IMG/VR virus record: IMGVR_UViG_3300042516_005475
Coordinates: 1 to 64,000 of that record
DNA: 64,000 bases
Direction: 5' to 3' (one strand)
The translations under genes and the position numbers were made by a program. Position 1 is the first letter of the stretch; each line of letters begins with the position of its first letter. The notes under the pieces are model-generated. The model saw nothing but the letters and a program-made list of their open reading frames with translations. It ran no database searches and was not told where the DNA came from. Of this stretch, positions 27,228 through 37,600 are shown piece after piece.

Positions 27228-28666
27228 CGGTTTTAACCATTGATGTTGATAACAGACGTAATACTGCTTCTTTAAGTGGAGACTTTAAAGCAGTTAGAGA
27301 ACACTTCTCTATAAAAAATAAGACTGCTGTCTTTGCTCGTAAACGGGGTTTCTTTGCACCGGAAAGAACATATGTTATTACACCAACTGGTAGAATAGAA
27401 CCTCATTTCCATACTGTTCTTCAAAAATACGCTCAACAAAGTGAAGACCCAACTGAAATTGTCTTAACAGAGAGCTTTAAAAAGTTATTCTCACCCAAAT
27501 TAAAGCTAGACTACCTTGATAAGAAATTACGTCTTGATTTACGTGATTATCAAACCGATGTAGTCCAAACTGCTTTAAAATCTGGTTTTGGTATTATCGA
27601 GTTAGCAACCGCGGGTGGCAAGACTCTCATAATGTCTTCTATCCTAGAAAACATTTATCATCAAAACCCAAACTTTAAATGTCTTCTCATTGTGCCTGAT
27701 TTAGGTCTTGTTAATCAATCGTTTAATGACTTTAAAGATTATAACGTTAGCTTTACTTATAGTACTTGGACAGGTAGTTCTGAGTTGGATTTAAGTACAA
27801 ATGTAATTATTGCTAATATGGGTATCTTACAATCTGAGATATCCGATACTGAATGGACGGAAAGCGTTGATCTTCTCATTGTTGACGAGGTTCACAAAGT
27901 TCGTAGAGGCAATAAGATCAACGACATTATTAAAAAGATCTATACTATTCATAAGTTTGGCTTTACTGGTACCTTGCCTGAAGAGGTATTAGATCAATGG
28001 AATATTTTTGCTAAGTTTGGAGATAGAATTTATTCCAAGATGTCTCACGAGCTAAAGTCTGAGAGTTATGTTACTCCAGCCAAGGTAACTGCTCTTGTTA
28101 TTAATTATAAAACTGGCCCTCAATTTGAAAGAACTAAAGACAGCACACCAGCTGATGAGTATATTGCTGAGCTGAAGTTCTTGCTAACAAACGATTTTCG
28201 TAATGGGGTTATCAATCACCTAGTTAACAAGTTTGACAATAACTCTCTTGTTCTTGTGGACTTAATTGACCACGGTCAAGCCATTTATGATAAAATTACT
28301 ACAAGCTCTACTACTAAAGAGGTTTATTTCATCAGAGGTGAAGTAGAAGTAGAAGAACGTAAGAGAGTTCAGACCTTAATGGAGAAGCAAACTAACGTTT
28401 GTGTAATTGCTATCTCTAAAATATTTTCGACAGGTATTAATATCAAAAATCTTCACTATTTAATCTTTGCTGGAGGTGGAAAAGCGAAGGTAAAGATAGT
28501 ACAATCAATAGGTCGTGGATTACGATTACACGAAGATAAGAAAGAGCTTATCATTATTGACATTGCTGATAACCTAAAGTATGGCATGCAGCACTATCAA
28601 AAAAGAAAGCAGCTTTACAATCAAGAGAAAATACCACATACCTTTACTAACTGCCATGAAAAATAA
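27224..28666 (+). CDS. uvsW: SF2 DNA helicase, UvsW-like
   Basis: LRDYQ, ATAGGKT, DEVH, GFTGT, STGINI, QSIGRGLR. Confidence 0.92.
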   Translation: MTVLTIDVDNRRNTASLSGDFKAVREHFSIKNKTAVFARKRGFFAPERTYVITPTGRIEPHFHTVLQKYAQQSEDPTEIVLTESFKKLFSPKLKLDYLDKKLRLDLRDYQTDVVQTALKSGFGIIELATAGGKTLIMSSILENIYHQNPNFKCLLIVPDLGLVNQSFNDFKDYNVSFTYSTWTGSSELDLSTNVIIANMGILQSEISDTEWTESVDLLIVDEVHKVRRGNKINDIIKKIYTIHKFGFTGTLPEEVLDQWNIFAKFGDRIYSKMSHELKSESYVTPAKVTALVINYKTGPQFERTKDSTPADEYIAELKFLLTNDFRNGVINHLVNKFDNNSLVLVDLIDHGQAIYDKITTSSTTKEVYFIRGEVEVEERKRVQTLMEKQTNVCVIAISKIFSTGINIKNLHYLIFAGGGKAKVKIVQSIGRGLRLHEDKKELIIIDIADNLKYGMQHYQKRKQLYNQEKIPHTFTNCHEK

Positions 28667-29162
28667 TTTACCAAAAATTAAGAAACCTGAAACCTTTGTG
28701 ATGGATCCAACATCCAAGCCACCCAAAGAACAATTTTACGTTGATCCTAAAGAGTTTTATAGGCAGATAAAAGACTATTATAAGAGCGGAGAAATAAACG
28801 ATTATTTGGCAGAATCTATCTATAAGATTGCAAAAGGTCTTTCTTACGCACCTAATTTTATTAATTATTCTTATCGAGACGACATGGTTGGTGATGCTGT
28901 CGTAAAGATGTATACAGCCCTAAAGAATAAGAAGTTTAACGTTAAGACCAAGGATAAAAACGGCTACAATTATAACCCGTTTAGTTACTTTACAACCATT
29001 GCATTCCACGCATTTATCACTAGAATTAAGAAAGAAAAGAAAGAGAAAGACACTATAGCCCTTTATCAAGAAGCGCAGTTTAGAGAGGCTATGCAATCCT
29101 TACCTAACGGTGATTGTGTTTATATCGATCCTGACAGGGAAGATAATTATAACGAAGCCTAG
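28656..29162 (+). CDS. gp55: Late transcription sigma factor, gp55-like
   Basis: IAKGLSYAPNFINYSYRDDMVGDA, NPFSYFTTIAFHAFITRIKKEK. Confidence 0.92.
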   Translation: MKNNLPKIKKPETFVMDPTSKPPKEQFYVDPKEFYRQIKDYYKSGEINDYLAESIYKIAKGLSYAPNFINYSYRDDMVGDAVVKMYTALKNKKFNVKTKDKNGYNYNPFSYFTTIAFHAFITRIKKEKKEKDTIALYQEAQFREAMQSLPNGDCVYIDPDREDNYNEA

Positions 29163-29163
29163 T

Positions 29164-30195
29164 ATGACTTTAAAAAATTCCAAAGTATGTTGTTTTAGTG
29201 ATTTACACCTTGGTGTCCATCAGAACTCTTCTCAATGGCACGATATTGCTATCGAGTTTGGTAAATGGTTAAAGAGAGAGCTCAAAGAACGGGACATCAA
29301 AGACATTATTTTTTGTGGTGATCTCTTGCATTATAGAGATGAGATTGCAGTAAACACTATTCAAGCTACTTCAGAATTTTTAAATCTTCTCAAAGAGTTC
29401 AACATAATCATGATTCCAGGCAACCATGATTGTTATTTTAAGAATAACTCTTCAGTACATTCTTTGTCTATATTAAAAGGTCATAAGAATATTACAGTGC
29501 TTGATAAGCCCACTACTGAGATTTTCTTCGGTAAGACGCTTACGTTTGCGCCTTGGGGTACTGATATGACCGAAATGCCTGCTAGTGATATTATTTTCGG
29601 TCATTTTGAAATTGCTACCTTTAAACTAAACGAGATTAAAATTTGTGAGCATGGTATGACTAGCGAGAACTTGTTATCAAGAGCTCCATTGGTTATCTCT
29701 GGCCACTTTCATACTCGTCAAGAAAGAGAGTATAGCACTGGTAAGATTGTTTATCTTGGTTCTCCATACCATATGGACTTTGGAGATTCTGGACCAAGAG
29801 GCTTTACAATTCTCGATATTGAAAACAATCAAATGGATTTTGTTCAAAACGATGTGTCTCCTGTTCATATTAAAGTTAGCCTTTCCGAAGTAAAAAACGA
29901 TAGTGTTGTTCTTAACAAAAAGTTAGTCAAGAACAACTTTATTAAAATTATTGTTGATACTAATTATGAACCAGAAGAGGTTGAAGAGCTTATTAAAACT
30001 GTTAATACAGCTAGCCCTAACAACTTAACAATTGATTATAAGTACAATACAGCTGTACAAAAAATAGTGAGTGATGTTGACTTCGCAAGCGTCGATGTTG
30101 CAGACGCAATAAAAGAATTCATTAATAAGCTGGATATTGAGAATAAAAAGAGTATAATTGATTACACTTTGGAACTTTACCAGAAAAGTAAATGA
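29164..30195 (+). CDS. gp47: Recombination nuclease, gp47/Mre11-like
   Basis: SDLHLG, GDL, GNHD, GHFE, SGHFH, YLGSP. Confidence 0.92.
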   Translation: MTLKNSKVCCFSDLHLGVHQNSSQWHDIAIEFGKWLKRELKERDIKDIIFCGDLLHYRDEIAVNTIQATSEFLNLLKEFNIIMIPGNHDCYFKNNSSVHSLSILKGHKNITVLDKPTTEIFFGKTLTFAPWGTDMTEMPASDIIFGHFEIATFKLNEIKICEHGMTSENLLSRAPLVISGHFHTRQEREYSTGKIVYLGSPYHMDFGDSGPRGFTILDIENNQMDFVQNDVSPVHIKVSLSEVKNDSVVLNKKLVKNNFIKIIVDTNYEPEEVEELIKTVNTASPNNLTIDYKYNTAVQKIVSDVDFASVDVADAIKEFINKLDIENKKSIIDYTLELYQKSK

Positions 30196-31997
30196 AGCAC
30201 GTCAATTTTAAAAATCTCACCATCAAGAACTTTTTGTCTGTTGGTGAGAAGCCTGTTGAGCTTACTTTTAAGCCAGGTCTCAACATTATTACCGGCACTA
30301 ATAAAGATAAAGAAGATCGTCGCAACGGAGTCGGTAAGTCTACTGTTGCTGATGCTCTTTACTTTGCTATCTTTGGAAACACTCTTCGCGAGATCAATAC
30401 AAAGTATATCAAGAACAATCTCACAGATGGTAAGGTCAAAGTGGCTCTAGAATTTGAGATCGTCTCTAATAATGTTACAACTGAAATATATGTTGAGCGT
30501 ACTCTGAACCCGGCTAAGGTTTTTCTCAAGATTAACGGCGAAGATAAGACTCGCGATAGTATTGCTAACACCAATACCTATATAGAGTCTCTTCTTTCTA
30601 CTAATGCTGATATCTTTCAGAACTGTGTTACATTGACTATCAATAACACTATTCCTTTCATGGGTAAGAAGAAAGGAGATAAGCGTAAGTTTATCGAAAG
30701 CATCTTTAATCTAGAAGTATTCTCTAGAATGTCTGATAGACTCAAGGCTGATATTAACGAAGTTAAGAACTCTTACAATACAGAGTTTACTCGTCTCAGT
30801 ACTTTACAGTCTAACTATAATAGTCTTAACTCTCAAAGTGATTCCTTTGAAGAAGACCGTCGCAATCGACTCGAGAAGTATCTCAATAGAAAGAAGAACA
30901 ACAATGCTGAATTGGCTGTTATTGAAGACTACTTGAGAGAGTTTAAAGATGTCTCAATTGCTCCTATTAAGGAGAAGATTGCTACTGCTAATGAGAACTT
31001 AAAGAAAACAGATACTAAAATTAATGAGTTTTTTACTAAGATATCTCAAGTTGAGACTGAAATTACTCATTTGAACCATCGTTATAAGACTATTGGTACA
31101 AAAGAGGATAAGTGCCCTGTGTGTGCAAGATCTATTCTTGATCATGATAGAGAGCATATCGATTCAGAAAAGAAGACTACTCTTGATGAAATTAATCAAA
31201 AGAAACAAGACAAACAAAAGATTGAAGCAGATAACCAAAAGTTTGATGCTGTAAAGGCTTTTGTTTGTAGTCAAATTAAAGATCTTAATCAGAAGCTTAA
31301 AGAGGCAGAACTAGAGCTTGTTAAGTACAAAAACAACTTAGAGCGTAAAGAACAGCTCAAAGGCTGGCTCACTACTTTGGACGATGATATCGATGTAGTC
31401 TCTAAGCAAGAGAACACCTATAAGAAAATCCTGACTGAATCTAAGAACAGCATAACTGAAAGCGAGACTAAGATTGAGACAATTAAGAATCTATCCAAGG
31501 TTCTCGATAACGTCAAGTTTGTTGTCTCTGAAGAAGGTGTTAAGTCTTATATTATCAAGAAGATTTTGCAATTGTTTAATAACAAGATTGCTTATTATTT
31601 GAGCAAGCTAGACTCTAACTGTGTTCTTACCTTTGATGAATACTTCGAAGAGAAGATTATCAATGATAAGGGTATTGAGTGTAGCTATAACAATTTCTCT
31701 GGTGCTGAGAAGAAGACTATTGACTTGGCATGTTTGTTTGCGTTTATGGATATTAGACGCTTGCAAGGTGATGTTGCATATAATGTTTGCTTGTTCGATG
31801 AACTGCTAGACTCCTCGTTTGATGAGAAAGGTGTAGAGTTGGTACTAGATGTACTAAAAGACCGCTCTGACATGTATAGCGAATGCTGCTACATTATTTC
31901 TCATCGCAAAGAATCTATTAAGGCTGCTACTGGAGAGATTATTTATCTTGAGAAGTATAATGGTCTTACTCAACGTATGGAATTTACTGGTCTGTAA
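30192..31997 (+). CDS. gp46: Recombination ATPase, gp46/Rad50-like
   Basis: KNFLSVG, NGVGKST, CPVC hook, FSGAEK, FDELLD, ISHR. Confidence 0.95.
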   Translation: MKHVNFKNLTIKNFLSVGEKPVELTFKPGLNIITGTNKDKEDRRNGVGKSTVADALYFAIFGNTLREINTKYIKNNLTDGKVKVALEFEIVSNNVTTEIYVERTLNPAKVFLKINGEDKTRDSIANTNTYIESLLSTNADIFQNCVTLTINNTIPFMGKKKGDKRKFIESIFNLEVFSRMSDRLKADINEVKNSYNTEFTRLSTLQSNYNSLNSQSDSFEEDRRNRLEKYLNRKKNNNAELAVIEDYLREFKDVSIAPIKEKIATANENLKKTDTKINEFFTKISQVETEITHLNHRYKTIGTKEDKCPVCARSILDHDREHIDSEKKTTLDEINQKKQDKQKIEADNQKFDAVKAFVCSQIKDLNQKLKEAELELVKYKNNLERKEQLKGWLTTLDDDIDVVSKQENTYKKILTESKNSITESETKIETIKNLSKVLDNVKFVVSEEGVKSYIIKKILQLFNNKIAYYLSKLDSNCVLTFDEYFEEKIINDKGIECSYNNFSGAEKKTIDLACLFAFMDIRRLQGDVAYNVCLFDELLDSSFDEKGVELVLDVLKDRSDMYSECCYIISHRKESIKAATGEIIYLEKYNGLTQRMEFTGL

Positions 31998-32012
31998 CTG
32001 TAAATAAAACAA

Positions 32013-33275
32013 ATGATACGTCCTGGTTTTAACGTTCTTGGTCGCCCAACTATTGGAACTCCTTCTGTTAATACAAATAACACTATTGTTGAGTATGAAA
32101 ATAAACCACCTAGAAAAGATCTAGTACAAGCAGAGACCCAACTTCCAAAGAGTGTGAACTTCTTGGCAGATCATTCTGGTTGTGGTTTTTGGCGATTGTT
32201 TTGGCCAGCTGATCAACTCAATTCAAGAATCGAATCTGTTGTTATGAATTCATGTCAGATGATTCATGACGAAATGTTCTTTAGTACCTTAAAGACTGTT
32301 CGTATTCAAAGACAGGCTACTGAGAATCAATACCGCTATGTAACTTATCTTGAGAAGATGAGAAACAAGTTTGGTTTCAATCTCGCATACGAAATCGATG
32401 ACATTATGTATTACTCAGACATTCCTGAGTATAATAAATTCAAGCCTGGATTTAGTGACCCTAAGATTGCTGAGTTCTGCACAAAGATCATGCAGACTTG
32501 CGATGAGATTACAACCACTAATAAGTTCATTGGAGATTATTACGCTGACAAGACTGGTAACAAGAATGTAACTGTTATCCCTAACTATCCACCTCGTTGG
32601 TGGATAGGTAACCACTATGATGAGAAGAAGATTAGCCAGAACTTCGATAAGAACCGTAAGAAGCCTCGTATCCTTTATGCAGGCTCTGGTGCTCATATTG
32701 ACGTTGAAGGTCGCTGCAAGTATAAGGACGACTTCTATCATATTAACGAACTTGTACGTAAAACAGTAAACGAGTTCCAGTGGGTATTCTTTGGAGCCTT
32801 GCCAATCCCTCTTGTTGATCTTTATAAGTCTGGTAAGATTGAATTCCATAATTGGACTAAGCTGTATGACTTCCCTGAGAAGATTGCTAGCCTGAATGCT
32901 CAGCTCATGATTGCTCCATTGCAAGACAATGTCTTTAATCAAGGCAAGAGTGATATTAAACTCATTGAGGCTGGGGCATTCGGTACTCCTGTTATTTGTC
33001 AAGACTTGGTAACCTACAAGGAGGCAGACTTTAAATTTAAGACTGGAGATGAACTTGGAGATCAGATTAGAAAAGTCTTGAAGCACAAAGACGACTACAT
33101 GAAGTCTTCCAGAAAGCATAGAGCTCGCTCTGAAAAGCGCTTCTTAGAGAATCCAGAGAATCTGGGCAAGTGGAAAGAAATGTACCACTTCAAGTATGGT
33201 GTAGCAGAAAGAAAGCTCCTGAATGAATTTAATGGAATAGCTTGCGTTCCTGCGAGTGTTAGCGTATCATCATGA
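32013..33275 (+). CDS. GT-B-fold glycosyltransferase-like protein
   Basis: GCGFWR, YEIDD, VIPNY, IAPLQDNVFNQGKSDIKLIEAGAFGTPVI. Confidence 0.75.
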   Translation: MIRPGFNVLGRPTIGTPSVNTNNTIVEYENKPPRKDLVQAETQLPKSVNFLADHSGCGFWRLFWPADQLNSRIESVVMNSCQMIHDEMFFSTLKTVRIQRQATENQYRYVTYLEKMRNKFGFNLAYEIDDIMYYSDIPEYNKFKPGFSDPKIAEFCTKIMQTCDEITTTNKFIGDYYADKTGNKNVTVIPNYPPRWWIGNHYDEKKISQNFDKNRKKPRILYAGSGAHIDVEGRCKYKDDFYHINELVRKTVNEFQWVFFGALPIPLVDLYKSGKIEFHNWTKLYDFPEKIASLNAQLMIAPLQDNVFNQGKSDIKLIEAGAFGTPVICQDLVTYKEADFKFKTGDELGDQIRKVLKHKDDYMKSSRKHRARSEKRFLENPENLGKWKEMYHFKYGVAERKLLNEFNGIACVPASVSVSS

Positions 33276-33279
33276 TACG

Positions 33280-35886
33280 ATGTACAGAAACGTAGCATAT
33301 CGACAGCAAAATGGAGAGGGTGTTGTCTATCATTTCACGTGGGACGAAAACGGTAAACGAATTGTCACAGAACACACCGTTCGTCCCTATTACTATCGTG
33401 AAACAACTAGTGAGCGATCGACTCATACAAGCATCTATAATACTAAGCTTGAAAAGGTTAGTTTTGATACTGAGTATGATCGCAATACTTCTATTCGCTC
33501 AAAGGGTGGAGAAGATCGAGGAGTTATACGAGTTTATGAAAATCTTCGTGTCGAGCACCAATTCCTAGTCGACTATTATTGGAAGAACTGGGATAATATC
33601 AATCCAGTTGAAATGCCTCTTAAGACCTGGTTTCTTGATATTGAGGTGTACTCACCAGATGAATTCCCTGAGGCTTCTAAGGCAGCTCACCCTGTTAATG
33701 TAATTACGATTTATGATACTCTTAAAGAGAAATACTTCTCTTGGGGTTATAAAGAGTATACTCCTAAGTCTGCTGATCATGAATACTTTTGTTGTTCTGA
33801 TGAACGAGACATGTTCAAGAAGTTTCTTGACTTTGAGGCTCTAGATTATCCTGATATTATTTCTGGTTGGAACTCAGAGTTTTTCGACTTACCTTACTTG
33901 ATTAATCGTTTGGCTCTGCTCTTCGATGAAGATGAACCTAAGCGTTTGTCTCCTGTTGGACGTCTTCGTGCTCGTGAGATTAGAACTGCGTTTGGTAAAC
34001 TTCAGACTAAGTGGGGTATTGAAGGTATCTCTTGCGTAGATTATATTGAGTTATATAAGACGTTTACTCAGCAACCTCGAGAAAGTTACAAGTTGAATGC
34101 TATTGCTCAGCTTGAGTTGGGTGAGGCTAAGATTGACTATGGTGAGTCTAATCTTGCATCTTTGGCAGAGAAGAACTGGGAGCTGTTTATTGATTATAAC
34201 GTTCAAGACGTTAAGCTGCTTGTTAAGCTCGATCAGGCTAAGATGTATGTTAAGCTGCTTCGTACTTTGGCATTCGTTGGACTTACTCCTCTCGAGAATG
34301 CTCTCGGTACTATTTCTACTGTAACTGGTGCTGCTATTATTGAGGCTCGTAGAAATAATGTTGTTATTCCAACATTTGTGAGAACTGATGATGAGCGAGC
34401 TGAGAAGTACGAAGGAGCATATGTGAGTGATCCTCAGAAAGGATTTCAAGACTATGTTGTATCTTTCGATGCTAACTCGCTGTATCCTTCAGTTATGATT
34501 TCACTTAATCTTTCACCAGAGACTAAGTTCGGTAGTATTGTATCTAAGAATAAGGATTACGTTGTTGTAAGGGATGTCAACAACAGTGAATATAAGTTGA
34601 CTCCAACTAAGTTCTTGGCCTTTTGTCAAAAAGAAGGTATTGCTATTACTAAGGCTGATAAACTATTCTTGCAGAATAAGAAAGGTATTTTTCCGACTAT
34701 TACTGAGAGGTTCTGGCGAGTTCGTCAAGACTATAAGAAGCAATGGGATAAGACTCGAGCTCAACAATCTAAGCTTGATAAGAACTCCGAAGAGTATAAG
34801 AAGCTTAGCATTGAGGTTGAACGTCTTTGGATTCAGCAGCTTACCTATAAGATTTTGATCAATCGTATTTACGGATACTTTGGTAATAAGAGTTCGCCAA
34901 TGGGTGATCCTGATATTGCTCGTTCAATTACTCTTACTGGTCAAGGAGTTATTAAGAAGAGTAACGAAGTTCTTAGACGTTATATCAAAGAGAAGACTAA
35001 TATGACTGATCAAGAGATTGAGAAGTTTGATCCAGTTATCTATAACGATACTGACTCTGTGTATATTACCATTAAAGAAATCGTTAAACGTAATAAGATT
35101 AACTTCTTTAACGATAAAGAAGTCTCAGCTGAGATATACAATATTGTAAATGATATTGAATCTGTCTTGAATAAAGAGATTGTTGATTGGGCTAAGAACT
35201 GTTTGAACTCTAAAGACCCTTGGTTTAAGTTCAAGCGGGAGTCTATTTGTGATACTGGCTTATTCTTGCAAAAGAAGCGTTATGTATTGCACAAGCTTGA
35301 TGACGAAGGTCTTAAGTGTAATAAGTTTAAGTATACTGGTGTTGAGGTTGTGAGATCTACAATGCCGAATCCGATCAAGCCATTGGTCAAGAAGTTGATT
35401 GAGACTTTGATCTTAACTAAGAGTTATCCAGAGACTAACAAGCTGTTTAATGAGACTTATGCTGTGTTTAAAGAGCTACCTATTGAGAGCTACGCACAGG
35501 TAATGGGTGTATCTAATTACGATCACTATGCATTTAAGTGTCAAGGCTTCAAGACTGTTAAGGGTATGCCTTATCATGTTAAGTCTGCATACTTTTATAA
35601 CTTGTTGTTGGATAAGCTTAACTTGAAGCACAAGTATGAGCCAATTGTATCAGGTGATAAGATTCGATTTATTCGAGTTGAAGAACCTAACAAGTTTGGT
35701 GTTAAGTCAATTGCTTACAAGTATAACTTTCCAGAAGAGTTTAAAGAGTTTCTCAAGCCTGATGTTGACATGATGTTTGAGAAGATTGTAAGCAATGTTA
35801 TTGAGAGATTTTATGAGGCTGTCGACTTTAAGTTTGCACCACCAGGACAGCAACTCAAGGCTAATTTATTTGAGTTGTTCTCTTGA
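33280..35886 (+). CDS. gp43: Family B DNA polymerase, gp43-like
   Basis: DIE exonuclease, GWNSEFFD, YNVQDV, FDANSLYPS, KILINRIYG, YNDTDS, KKRY. Confidence 0.95.
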   Translation: MYRNVAYRQQNGEGVVYHFTWDENGKRIVTEHTVRPYYYRETTSERSTHTSIYNTKLEKVSFDTEYDRNTSIRSKGGEDRGVIRVYENLRVEHQFLVDYYWKNWDNINPVEMPLKTWFLDIEVYSPDEFPEASKAAHPVNVITIYDTLKEKYFSWGYKEYTPKSADHEYFCCSDERDMFKKFLDFEALDYPDIISGWNSEFFDLPYLINRLALLFDEDEPKRLSPVGRLRAREIRTAFGKLQTKWGIEGISCVDYIELYKTFTQQPRESYKLNAIAQLELGEAKIDYGESNLASLAEKNWELFIDYNVQDVKLLVKLDQAKMYVKLLRTLAFVGLTPLENALGTISTVTGAAIIEARRNNVVIPTFVRTDDERAEKYEGAYVSDPQKGFQDYVVSFDANSLYPSVMISLNLSPETKFGSIVSKNKDYVVVRDVNNSEYKLTPTKFLAFCQKEGIAITKADKLFLQNKKGIFPTITERFWRVRQDYKKQWDKTRAQQSKLDKNSEEYKKLSIEVERLWIQQLTYKILINRIYGYFGNKSSPMGDPDIARSITLTGQGVIKKSNEVLRRYIKEKTNMTDQEIEKFDPVIYNDTDSVYITIKEIVKRNKINFFNDKEVSAEIYNIVNDIESVLNKEIVDWAKNCLNSKDPWFKFKRESICDTGLFLQKKRYVLHKLDDEGLKCNKFKYTGVEVVRSTMPNPIKPLVKKLIETLILTKSYPETNKLFNETYAVFKELPIESYAQVMGVSNYDHYAFKCQGFKTVKGMPYHVKSAYFYNLLLDKLNLKHKYEPIVSGDKIRFIRVEEPNKFGVKSIAYKYNFPEEFKEFLKPDVDMMFEKIVSNVIERFYEAVDFKFAPPGQQLKANLFELFS

Positions 35887-35912
35887 AATCTTGAAAAAAG
35901 CCTTTATATATT

Positions 35913-36299
35913 ATGAGTATGGAAAAGAAAAACCTAATTGTATTCGTTGATAACGTTGGTCGTAACATCTATGGTGAGCTTGTTTCACGTGAAGAAAAGT
36001 ATTTCTTCGTTAAGAACCCAGCCATCATAAATATTGTGCCGAACCCTAGCTCTGGCCAGCTACAGGTCCAGGTGTTGCCTTACTTCTTTGGAGAGTTTCT
36101 AAAGAACAAGGAAGAGCCTAAGACTGTATGGAAGTTTAGTGCCAAGAGTGTGGTGGAGGCAACAGAACTCGACTTGGATGATAAGTTGGTCAGCCAGTAC
36201 GAGAGAATGTTTAGCAACTCCAAGATCATTACTCCTGAGCGCCAGGTAACTCCTGCTGCTGCGGGTACTGCAGCTAAAGTTGTTAAACTATTTGAATAA
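35913..36299 (+). CDS. Hypothetical protein (small beta-rich fold)
   Basis: ORF between gp43 and uvsX. Confidence 0.6.
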   Translation: MSMEKKNLIVFVDNVGRNIYGELVSREEKYFFVKNPAIINIVPNPSSGQLQVQVLPYFFGEFLKNKEEPKTVWKFSAKSVVEATELDLDDKLVSQYERMFSNSKIITPERQVTPAAAGTAAKVVKLFE

Positions 36300-36326
36300 C
36301 AAATAGAAAACAATATAATAGAAAAT

Positions 36327-37472
36327 ATGAGTAAAGAAACGCAAAAAGCAATTGATAACGTATTTGAAGCATTAAACAAAATTAATCCTGAAGCAAACTA
36401 TCTTTCAGAACAAACGCTTTCTGAAGTTAGTGAATTTATCGATACAGGCTGTTATGTACTTAACGCCATTATGTCAGGGTCTCTCCTAACTGGAGGTATT
36501 CCAAAGGGCCGAATCACAGGGTTTATTGGACCATCTCAGACAGGTAAGACCTATATTATCAACAAGATTCTCGGCAATGCTCAGAAGAAGGGAATGATCC
36601 CAGTCATTTTCGATACTGAAATTGCTGTTGAGAGTCGTGGTGCAGAAAATGTTGGTCTTGATCCTAAAAAGACAAAGCATGTACCTGTTGATACTGTTGA
36701 AAATTGCCGTAATCAGATCTTTGCTCTACTCGATGGTATTGAAAAGAATCCTAGTTTAAAGGGTAAGTTTATTATTAGCATTGATTCGCTAGGTAACTTG
36801 TCTGCACAGAAAGAACTCAATGACGCTGAGGCTGGTAAGTCAGCTGGCGATATGGGTTTGAGAGCCAAGCAATTGAAGTCAATGCTCAGAACTTTGACTT
36901 ACAAGGCTGCTCGTACTGGAACTACTATTCTATTCAGTAACCATACTTACGATGACCCTGCTGCTATGTATCCGACGCTTGTAAAGAAGCAGTCTGGTGG
37001 CTCTGGTCCAATTTACATGGCTAGTTTGCTTGTGCAATTAGCCAGCCGTTCTGAAAAGCAGGACGATAAAAACGAAAACGATAAGATGCTCCCTGAGGCT
37101 AAAAACTATAGTGGTGTTACTCTCAGAGCTCTTACTGTAAAAAACAGATTTGTGCCTCCTTATCTTGAAGCAGAAATGTATCTGAACTTCCTTACTGGCC
37201 TCGATAAGTATGCTGGCATTCTCGGTCTTGCTGTTAACCATGGTGTTATTATTCAAACCGGAAGCACGTATACTTTGCCAGATGGAACCAAGTTAGGTTA
37301 CTATAGCAAATTTAAGGAGGACAAAAATTTCTGGGACAATAAAATCATCCCTGAAGTAGAAAAGATAATTAAGGAAAAATACAAATATGGTAACTCCAGC
37401 ACAAGTGCTAACATCGAAATCGATGAAGAGTTTCCAGATGAGGGAGGGGGTGTTGAAGATGGCCAAGACTAA
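36327..37472 (+). CDS. uvsX: RecA-like recombinase, UvsX
   Basis: GPSQTGKT, FDTE, IDSLGNL, DMGLRAK, NHTY, SGGSG, KNRF. Confidence 0.92.
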   Translation: MSKETQKAIDNVFEALNKINPEANYLSEQTLSEVSEFIDTGCYVLNAIMSGSLLTGGIPKGRITGFIGPSQTGKTYIINKILGNAQKKGMIPVIFDTEIAVESRGAENVGLDPKKTKHVPVDTVENCRNQIFALLDGIEKNPSLKGKFIISIDSLGNLSAQKELNDAEAGKSAGDMGLRAKQLKSMLRTLTYKAARTGTTILFSNHTYDDPAAMYPTLVKKQSGGSGPIYMASLLVQLASRSEKQDDKNENDKMLPEAKNYSGVTLRALTVKNRFVPPYLEAEMYLNFLTGLDKYAGILGLAVNHGVIIQTGSTYTLPDGTKLGYYSKFKEDKNFWDNKIIPEVEKIIKEKYKYGNSSTSANIEIDEEFPDEGGGVEDGQD

Positions 37473-37530
37473 AGAAATCAAGAAGGAAGTTGTAAAGGAC
37501 GTAAAGAAGGAAGTCAAGAAGGGTAAGTAA
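37459..37530 (+). CDS. Putative 23-aa Lys-rich peptide
   Basis: MAKTKEIKKEVVKDVKKEVKKGK*; preceded by GGAGGGGG and followed by a hairpin. Confidence 0.35.
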   Translation: MAKTKEIKKEVVKDVKKEVKKGK

Positions 37531-37543
37531 GACTTCAACGAAA

Positions 37544-37579
37544 AAGGGCAACGATATAAAACTTGTTGCCCTTAATTTT
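37544..37579 (+). terminator. Hairpin, probable terminator after uvsX, overlapping the queC -35 box
   Basis: aagggcaacga...ttgttgccctt followed by aatttt. Confidence 0.5.
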
Positions 37580-37594
37580 GTTTTCATATATACT
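37566..37594 (+). promoter_or_regulatory. Sigma70-type promoter of the queC operon
   Basis: TTGCCC-N17-TATACT, with ATG 37601 6 nt downstream. Confidence 0.6.
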
Positions 37595-37600
37595 GTGTGT

